NCBI GenBank assembly: GCA_027923505.1
Contig: BROI01000003.1
Location: 310,001-374,000 of the forward strand
Source: Mayamaea pseudoterrestris
Taxonomy: Eukaryota
Reading direction: 5' to 3'
DNA: 64,000 bases
The notes under the pieces were generated by a model. That model made no database searches and was not told the DNA's origin. It saw nothing but the letters and a program-made list of their open reading frames with translations. Shown in pieces: positions 1 through 9,056 of this stretch. The position numbers and the translations under genes are program-made. Position 1 is the first letter of the stretch. Every line of letters starts with the position of its first letter.

Positions 1-499
1 GCGGCAGCGGATGAACGTCGTCGCGCCAGTCTTGATAACCCATGACGCGGCGACAAAACGTTTTGAGTAGCGTGCATCCAACCTTTGGAATGGTGAATAA
101 CAACAGTTGGTAGCGCTCCAAAACAATCGGTGCTGCATCCCATGGGCCGTACTGATAAATCGAGTCGTTTGGTCGGAGAATGGTGCAATTTGCAAAGGCT
201 GAATCTAGATGGGATGGCGGCGGTGGCTTTTTATAATGTTTGGATGTTGCCTGCGGTGTTGGAGGAGGCATTATTGTTCGACGAAACGACTTCTTTGTAA
301 TCCTTTGCGTTGCTCGTGCTACATTTGACGCAGCAATGTTTGCGTCGGTCGAGGCTGTTTCTCGCTCATTCGAGTGAACATGTTGGACCAGATAAAGTTC
401 CAAGCCAGTCAGCAGTATCATTGTTGTTACTAGACAGCATGAAAAGACTAAGAGCCGATGCTTTCGTATTGGCCGTCTTGCAGCAGCAATGATCGCCAT
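1..499 (-). CDS. Sulfotransferase family 2 (carbohydrate sulfotransferase-like) type II membrane protein, 5' part; runs off the window
   Basis: My translation, not in the ORF track: MAIIAAARRPIRKHRLLVFSCCLVTTMILLTGLELYLV (N-terminal TM) ... WDAAPIVLERYQLLLFTIPKVGCTLLKTFCRRVMGYQDW. The PKVGCT segment matches the 5'-PAPS-binding motif of Sulfotransfer_2 proteins. Confidence 0.8.
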   Translation of the reverse strand, partial: MAIIAAARRPIRKHRLLVFSCCLVTTMILLTGLELYLVQHVHSNERETASTDANIAASNVARATQRITKKSFRRTIMPPPTPQATSKHYKKPPPPSHLDSAFANCTILRPNDSIYQYGPWDAAPIVLERYQLLLFTIPKVGCTLLKTFCRRVMGYQDWRDDVHPLP

Positions 500-761
500 G
501 GTGATTCTTGTGGACGCTGGTTTTCAGCGATACGACGCGACCTTTGCACCTCGCGCCACGGAGCGTTCGGGAATGAAAAGACGCCTGCCAGGTTGCTTAA
601 GTAAGTACCGGTGTGACGTAAAGTGACAAGAGACGCGCGGTCATTTTTTCGATCCGCCTTTTCCTTGTCCATCTGCCTCATTCTTTGTTCTTTGTTGCGT
701 ATCGAAATTCCTGTTTCACACTAGAATCTTCACGTTACAAATTGCCAACACTGATAAGATT

Positions 762-1646
762 ATGACGGACCGTCGAATCCATGTCAGCACACGGCTTCAG
801 ACATGCTTTGATATGGATAACGCGACTCTCGCCGAGTTTGAGAGTGACGAAGGATTCCAAGCAACCCGCGGTGTACTCTTCTCTGACCTCGTGGAAAAGT
901 ATCAACATATACCGTGGGAGTTCTTTTGGAATATCGAACTCAATGCCGACAACTATCGACTGCTTTTTACAGAGCTAGTCTTCGGACAGAATGCGAATCA
1001 ACGAACGACGTCATGGCCATTTGGTGCCTGCGGCTATGACTGTTCGAATTTGAGTCACACGGAAACAAAACTCATCATTTTGACAGCTCCACGGCTGTGT
1101 CTGCTCTATTTCTATGTCCTTGCACGAGATCCAGGTGGATGCGTCAAAGTGTTTGATCCACGGATTATGCATGGATTACAGTCTCCCTGCCTTCGTCCGG
1201 ACGTTCTTCAACGCGACGAAGACACTGGCACATTCCCTGAGACACTAACTAATTTTGCGTACTCTATTGGGACAAACCTGTACGGTCTAGGTCGGCACAT
1301 TATTGGAGCAGTACGATTCAACATTACACAAGGTGCCATATACTATGAGCTGACAATGGCTGATTACTTGACGTTTCAAGGATCGCATCGTTGCCTTCAC
1401 CCATGGTGTATGCACCATGTGATTTTTGAGCCAATGTATGTAAAATCGTTTCGCATTGGTTGCCGAGGCTACATGCGCACACAGTTTTGTGAGCGTAATC
1501 GGGACACGCTGCCGTGCCTCCATGGCCCACATAACTGTTTGGTAATCACAGTTGATCAATGTATCGCATGGGATGGGGTCGCTCCCTTCTTGGCAGCTGA
1601 CGCTCGATCTGCTCGTACTTTACCTCCCCATGAATACCCTTTTTAA
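762..1646 (+). CDS. Free-standing His-Cys box / His-Me finger (zinc-binding loop) homing-endonuclease-like protein
   Basis: The C-terminal SHRCLHPWCMHHVIFEPMYVKSFRIGC...CLHGPHNCL aligns by eye with I-PpoI [29 protein letters not shown]...CVHAVVCL. The ORF is 294 aa and intronless. Confidence 0.7.
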   Translation: MTDRRIHVSTRLQTCFDMDNATLAEFESDEGFQATRGVLFSDLVEKYQHIPWEFFWNIELNADNYRLLFTELVFGQNANQRTTSWPFGACGYDCSNLSHTETKLIILTAPRLCLLYFYVLARDPGGCVKVFDPRIMHGLQSPCLRPDVLQRDEDTGTFPETLTNFAYSIGTNLYGLGRHIIGAVRFNITQGAIYYELTMADYLTFQGSHRCLHPWCMHHVIFEPMYVKSFRIGCRGYMRTQFCERNRDTLPCLHGPHNCLVITVDQCIAWDGVAPFLAADARSARTLPPHEYPF

Positions 1647-1656
1647 TATGCATCCT

Positions 1657-1685
1657 TATATATATTATATATATCTATATATATA
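1657..1685. repeat. Imperfect (TA)n microsatellite between two convergent stop codons
   Basis: tatatatattatatatatctatatatata. Confidence 0.85.
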
Positions 1686-1711
1686 AAATTACTACCATAG
1701 CTGTTACGCTT

Positions 1712-2832
1712 CTAGCTTACATCATAAACATCCCTGAGTGATTGGCTACGCGTCCGCCAGCCAAGTCCAACGCGGTCGAGTGCTAGGATTCTAATTGGCG
1801 AAAGACTTTGGTTTTGAAGGTAAAGACGTTGCTTCTGCAACCATCCGTAGTATGTCGAATTCCGATCAATCCGATAGCCAACTCCAGGATTGTGGTATCG
1901 AAGATGAATGAGGTAAAACATCTGCGGCATTACAAAGTGAGACGCGTATACTGATAGCACATGTAAGCATTAGGACTTACCATCCAACGCAAGTCTGTAC
2001 CTCGATGAAACTCAGTAGGTTCCCAGAACATCCACTCACGAGAGGTTTGGTCCATTGAGTGGACTTTGTCAATCCAAGCGAGCGTCAATTCTCTAGTCGT
2101 ATCTGGAAACGTGAATCCATCTCCAGGCGAAAGCACTGGATTGATGCAAGGATCGATCCCTTGATGAACAAACGAAGACATGACGCAAGACTTGCTACAG
2201 AAGTCATTACACTTTCGAAAGTATTTTTGCTTTGCTTCGATAGAGACTGGATCATTTGGAGGCGGATAATGCGACGTAAAAGCAACAACTTGTCGTCGAA
2301 GATGCAGTGCATCCGGAGCCCAAACGCAGGCGCCCCGACGCTTCAAACGCAAAGCATCTATCAGATATGTTAGATTCTCGATCCACTCAGATACTGTAAT
2401 CGTTGCGTCGTCAATCCTTTCCTTTCCAGGCTCCGAGTCCTCCAGACCATTTCCATTGTCGCCAATGAAAATAGTCGGCGACTTCGTCTCTTGCAATTGA
2501 GCCAGCTGCTTATCAGTCTCAAGCTTATCGCCCCGAATATCGCAAGAATTTGCAATTGATTCTTGCGCTGCAGAGTCGAAGCTTTGCGAAGACGGTAAAT
2601 TGATTATTGCATCTGTTGCGACGATATTGCTGGTGCATCCAACTGCATGGATTATTCCCTGCTTAGTCGAGGCGTCAGTAGAAGAGATTCCCAGACAATC
2701 AGTATTAGCCGAGGGGCATCGACCGAGTTGGTGCGTGACAAGGTCAGCAAGGAGGTTGCTGCAATGACGTCGACGCTGACGCTCGTCATCGTCGATGGTC
2801 TCGCCTGCTCGAGTATATGAATAATCAGCCAT
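1712..2832 (-). CDS. Helicase-associated (HA) domain protein, 2 exons (intron 1922-1980)
   Basis: A 59-nt GTAAGT...CCGCAG intron joins ORFs 1930..2832 and 1712..1960 in frame. The spliced product reads LRWMMFYLIHLRYHNPGVGYRIDRNSTYYGWLQKQRLYLQNQSLSPIRILALDRVGLGW, which fits the HA consensus W..QR......L...Ri..L...GF.W. Confidence 0.7.
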
Positions 2833-3589
2833 AGTTATATCGTGACTTTGTCAATATACTCGTTTGTAATGGAGACTTCAATGGTAGACTGTTTTGCTTG
2901 CTCTGTGTTGAAAGATTGTGTTGACGAACCCGGGATGATGATTGTGTGTGCGATCGATCACGCTTGGCAAGTTGCAGCGCTTGAAAAGACAGCCGTACCG
3001 GTACTGCCCGGATCGCTTTCACGCCATTTCGATCTTTCTTACCGCGTCGACGCGATGATCATGAAGAACATGGTCCGCATTGGTATGAAACATCGACAGC
3101 ATCAAGTAATTTTAGGCCATGTGACCTGAAGCACTGTGATCATAGTTGCTTCAGTCCGACGGGTGTAAGTGGAAGTATGTGACGTTGACGTTTTGATTCG
3201 CAGATTCGTGTCAATCATCACGCCTGTAAAAAGTGAAGAATCGGCATTGCCCTATGCCGCTTTTGGTGGTATTCTCGTGATATGATTCCAAACTAAACAC
3301 TGCTATATGTTTATAATGGTAAGCTCCAAAATACATATCTTTCGTAGCATTTTCTTTCTAGATCATTACGCAGGATCAACACAAATTCAGACATGACGCA
3401 CCACATCGCCTCGCGACGTTCTAGATCCGGCCGACCAGTTTCTTAATGAAACGAGCGATCTTGAGATTCGTCCATCAGCTTTTTCAAATTAGCATTTAGT
3501 GCTAACTTGCTATTGTCACGTTCCTCTTTCGCTAGGATTTCCCTGGACCCTTCATTGAAAAGTTCGAAAAGGGATAGCCGGCTGTTTTG

Positions 3590-4115
3590 TTGTTCGTCAT
3601 GATCAATTGGACAGCTAGTGGCCACGTTCATTGCCTGGTGCCTCACAGCATTCCCGACATGTACGACTGCTCGAGTGCACTTTGTGCAAAGCATCATATC
3701 TACTTGCGGTCGTTGGCGGGCGACTCCAGCCCCGGAAACATGGCACACCTGTGGGATCAGTTTTATAGCAAGTTGCAGCGACGTTCTTGGAAGCTATCTG
3801 TGGCGTTCTTGACGACGATGAACTACGACCTCAATGTGGAAGCGTCGCGAACGCATCATCCCATGCAAAAACTGAATTGCAAGGCTAACAGGTTAGAAAC
3901 TCTCAACGAGTTGAAGGTACACTTTGACAACTTGCCAAGCAATTGCAAATCGTGGGACAAACACTTTGGCATCTTTCCCCGGAACCAGAAGTTGAAGAAC
4001 TGGACGAAGAAGTAAAGCGCGCGCTACCAAGGTTGAATAGTGTGGCGGCAAAGATTTGCCTCGTCGTGAGTGTGTGGCCGAGTGCGACCATCTTAAACTG
4101 ATTGGCTTTCATTAG
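3590..4115 (+). pseudogene. Degenerate multi-HA-domain pseudogene
   Basis: Fragments HVHCLVPH, LWDQFYSKL, NRLETLNEL, SWDKHF and NQKLKNWTKK* (TAA where Q is expected), then a frameshifted DHLKLIGFH* (TAG where W is expected). Confidence 0.55.
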
Positions 4116-4313
4116 ACGAAGCGCTGGCAGGATCTTGAAGAGCATCCTGTTTTGGAGTAAGGGATGTTTCTGTTCTGTCGGGTGGATGCACCGCGTGATA
4201 TTGAATTGGGAGCATGGGTAGCACTTGAATGTAAATGACGAGTAGCTCCACATAGCACTACGTCTATGTACTAAAGCAACCACAAGAAACTTTTATTAAT
4301 CTTTGTCAAAGAG

Positions 4314-5250
<937 letters not shown>

Positions 5251-5398
5251 GGTGAAGTGTGCGAGGAGTCAGCGGCCGACGACTCGAGTTGAGCTGGCGG
5301 ATGTGCTCCAAAGTCAGCCGTGAGTACCGGTTGAAGTCGGACGTGACTCGACGATCTTTTGAAATCCGCGCGACGGCGTCGCATTATTTTTTTCAACC

Positions 5399-5947
5399 AT
5401 GATCAAGTCAAGCAGTCAAGTGAGACTCTTGTATGCTCTCATTCTTGCTCTACAATGCATTTTATCAACATCATATAGCATAAATAGTAAATTCTTTGAT
5501 TTTAAAGGCCACCCCATTCACTATGAAGTCGCTATGGAGGAGAGCAACGTTCCGCAATTTCTCGACACGCGCCACAAACCACCACCAATCTTGCTGCTGA
5601 ATGGCTTTGGAGTGGGCTCCTTCCATCAACATCGTCTCATTCACGAGCTAATGTCGAAAAACAACGATATTGCAGAAGCAGCTTCGAGTATAGTGTACTG
5701 CATGGACTATCTCGGCCAAGGAAAGTCATGGCCAATGGATTGCAATGATGGGTGCTCCGAAAATGAGCGCGGCTTATCGTACAGTGGAGCTACCTGGGTC
5801 GATCAAATCATTGCGTTTCTGGAAACTGTCGTGCTAAGTGATGGTAAGCTCAAGCTTGTAGCGAATGATCAAGTGGCATTCACGGAACGATGGGGGACGA
5901 CCACTATAGCTGAGCGATCAGTTGAGAAGAACATGTTCAGTTGGTAG
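5399..5947 (+). pseudogene. Alpha/beta hydrolase N-terminal fragment with signal peptide; apparently truncated
   Basis: ILLLNGFGVGSFHQ, VYCMDYLGQGKSWP and WVDQIIAFLETVV are present. I could not find the nucleophile-elbow (G-x-S-x-G) exon before the next gene. Confidence 0.55.
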
Positions 5948-6546
5948 ACTCAATGCGATGTGTTAGCTCGGATGCTGGCTCTTATTCGGCTTTCACGAAT
6001 CCTTTCGTCTCATCATCTATATTCATTTGCGTTTTACATAACAAGTCTGGTAGCAAGTCTTTCATTCTTTGGATCGGAAGACAATAAGATGCGAGTGCGC
6101 ATTGCGAAAGAAGCACTACCGCGACTGATGCTTCTGGAGCTCAAGCAACAGGTCAAGACGGATTAAATTTGAGCATTTTTTAAGCTAAAAGCAATATGCT
6201 TGTTCTTATATAACCAGTTGGCTTATTAATTCCTGATATGAATCATCCGGGCGCAATAGTTGGTTAGCAGGTCACGCGTGCCAACTTTACGTGCTTGCTA
6301 ATCCATGAGATATTTCTAATTCTAGGTTCAGATTGGCGTACAGAATGATGTCGTACGCTTTCTTGCTTTTGTAGCCTTTTCTTGTAGCGTCCTGCTTTTT
6401 TTGACTTCGGCTAATTTGTCTCATCGCAGTGAGGTATTGGGGTTTTCGTCAAACATGCGAATTGAGGGAGCTCTCTTGTGATGTACTTGCTTATCCAGAC
6501 GTTTATAAACATGTAGCAGCCTTCTATTGGCGGGTTTCGGCTCATT

Positions 6547-8535
6547 CTATTCAGCACTTGAGCACGCTCGGGTCAAAACGATCGGATTCCAACGAAGCAG
6601 TTCAAAGGAGATTGACAAAGCCAGCTCTTCCTGTCGATACGCGTCTTGTCGTTCACTTGCAGTCGCAGTCGCTTGCAGGAATGGATACAGCTTGGTAGCT
6701 CCATCTTGGTGCTCCAGTGATGCTGGGTTACGATCCACAAGGCACTTCAAAACGTCCAACATTTCAGTCACCAAAGAATCTGGTGATGAACGTGTGAACA
6801 GGGAGCAAGCATTGACAAAGGTATCAATCGCATGGTGAAGGACAAGACGGTTACCATTGTCAAATACACATGCAGCATCACTAGGCGACACGTTCAAGGC
6901 AATCTTCATGGCATTCAATGATTCTTGATACAAGAGGCTGTCCGATTCATTCACTGTCTGCTGACTTTGGTCACGAGGTACATCACGAGAATGCCATGGA
7001 CGCATGGCGGCACAATGGAGCGGCAGCCGCCCAAACTCATCCTTGGTAGAAAGTTCTTCCGGAAAAAGCAAACTAATCATGTGCGCAACTGGAGATGGGC
7101 AAGGGCTTTCAAAAGCAGTGTGCGTTAGCCTTCCTACAGTTTGAGTCGTCGATATTGTCTCATCCATTTGAGCGGCTTCCAAAAGCGACGCACACTTGGT
7201 CCAAAAGTGGCTCGTTACAACCTCTTGACGAGTCCACTCAAAGGCAGTTTCTTGGCCAAGATCTTGCGCGCGCCGCCTCAACTCTCGCAAGTGATGCACG
7301 CCCTGTTCTACCCACTGTTGTGACAAGGTCTCATCATGAGCTTCTGCTGGAATGTGTCGCATTCGTAAAAAGTCAACGGCAGGATCCATGCGCCTCATCA
7401 ACTGTAAGTCCAATTCAAAGTCGCCTTGCTCCAGCGTCCAAAACTCGGTGTATTTTGTCATGTCAATCGTCATGTCGCGGTGGACAATAGCCGTTGCTTC
7501 ATTACCATCCCGTCGACTGACTTCCCATGCTTGAACCGCGCTTACATATCGCACCCAAAGCCAGTGGAAGGGAGTCAGTCCGGCTGCGTCTCGCTTAAAG
7601 ACCGCTTCTGGTGCGGCCCTGGCGAGAACATGCACAGTCCTGGGTTGCTCTCCCCGCATCATGCAGAAGTGAAGAGGAATTTCGCCTTGCGTATTGACCA
7701 AAAGAGCGCTCTGGTTCGGTCTGTCGCCTTGCTGCAGCAAAAGTTCAATAGTTTTTGTGCATCGACCGTGAAAGACTGCCGAATGAAGCGCCGTATAGCG
7801 ACCGCGATAGCCATTCAAAACATGACCAGCTGCACTGGGTAGATATCTGAGCATGCAGGCAACCATGTCATAAATTTGTTGCTCAATGCGCGAAAGAGTC
7901 GCGTCCTCCGATCCAAGCATTGGAGAGTAAATGTTCGCCTTGAGTGCGTAGACAATGGGAGATTCCTCATACTCCCCACGATCCGGAATGACAATCGCTT
8001 CGGGGCAAGACTTGACAAGCAACTCAAGGGCACTCATGAGATAATTGCTTCGATCATTGCTCCCTTCAGTGCTATCATCTTCAAGAAGTATATGCGTCTG
8101 AAAGCGCCGGCGAATCAGCAGATGCAAAGGTGTAAAGCCATCAATATCTTGTTTCAACGTCGCCCTCGTAGTTTCCGTACCCATAGCTTCATCAGCAAGT
8201 AGTAAGATTTCGAGAACTGACAGACTTGTAGTCTCACAGACAATCGCCTCGTGCAGCGGCGTCCCTCGGCTGTCCAAAACATGTCGAACCTTTTGCGGTG
8301 CCGCGTTTAGCAGTGCTTGAATCACTTCAATAGGAGCTCCTGCTCGACAGGCAATGGCTAAAGGTGATGGACTGGAGGCTATATCGCCTTCCTCTGAATG
8401 CAGTTTGAGACGCTCAATCGCATCCGGCCACTGAGAGTTGCGGAGTAGATCCATCACGCAGGGGGAGCCATGAGTCGTCGACGACAATGGTTCAATGCTT
8501 CGCTGTCGCTTGAAAGGTCGCGCCGCTTGTAGCAT
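6547..8535 (-). CDS. Ankyrin-repeat protein (diatom type)
   Basis: Repeats GTPLHEAI, GFTPLHLL, YTALHSAV, GEIPLHFC, GLTPFHWL and GRLPLHCAA, plus a C-terminal LYPFLQA motif; 662 aa. Confidence 0.85.
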   Translation of the reverse strand: MLQAARPFKRQRSIEPLSSTTHGSPCVMDLLRNSQWPDAIERLKLHSEEGDIASSPSPLAIACRAGAPIEVIQALLNAAPQKVRHVLDSRGTPLHEAIVCETTSLSVLEILLLADEAMGTETTRATLKQDIDGFTPLHLLIRRRFQTHILLEDDSTEGSNDRSNYLMSALELLVKSCPEAIVIPDRGEYEESPIVYALKANIYSPMLGSEDATLSRIEQQIYDMVACMLRYLPSAAGHVLNGYRGRYTALHSAVFHGRCTKTIELLLQQGDRPNQSALLVNTQGEIPLHFCMMRGEQPRTVHVLARAAPEAVFKRDAAGLTPFHWLWVRYVSAVQAWEVSRRDGNEATAIVHRDMTIDMTKYTEFWTLEQGDFELDLQLMRRMDPAVDFLRMRHIPAEAHDETLSQQWVEQGVHHLRELRRRAQDLGQETAFEWTRQEVVTSHFWTKCASLLEAAQMDETISTTQTVGRLTHTAFESPCPSPVAHMISLLFPEELSTKDEFGRLPLHCAAMRPWHSRDVPRDQSQQTVNESDSLLYQESLNAMKIALNVSPSDAACVFDNGNRLVLHHAIDTFVNACSLFTRSSPDSLVTEMLDVLKCLVDRNPASLEHQDGATKLYPFLQATATASERQDAYRQEELALSISFELLRWNPIVLTRACSSAE

Positions 8536-9056
8536 CCTTGATCAATAATCAGAAATCAACCTTTTTCGTGCGCGACTATAGATTCCTGGCTGCAAAGTGA
8601 CACTTGTCGAGGCGTAGATTGCTTTTGCTTCGATTCGAAGATGTGACCAAACGTTTGCGCGCGCGGTTGGAGGCTGTTCCTTTTTCGTCCCTCGAACGCC
8701 AGAGGCTTCAACGTTTCTCCATGGTGTCAATGCGTGGCCTTCTCACGATGAGAACTGTGTCGCAAAGAGTATATACGTCGTCATTTCGGTCGACACGTCA
8801 TTCATTCATGACGTACAATCTGCAGGGTCGTCGCGCTTGTGTGCGGCAGCTATCACACCGGTATTCATATCGCATCGCGTCTCTCGTTTGACGCGACAAC
8901 TTCTCACCTCCATCCGCCATCTTTTGTTTCACCATGGATCGCTCGCCTACGGCAGGCTTGACCTATGCAAAGGCCAGCAAATCGTATTTATTACGTTTAT
9001 AGCTGACTGTAATTTAGTTTAAGTCTGGGCTTGAATATAAAGGACCCTTTTGGAGA

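Noticed and set aside
2842..3129. 95-aa ORF inside the accessory island
   Set aside because: It has no recognisable motif and overlaps the likely promoter/5' region of the HA gene.
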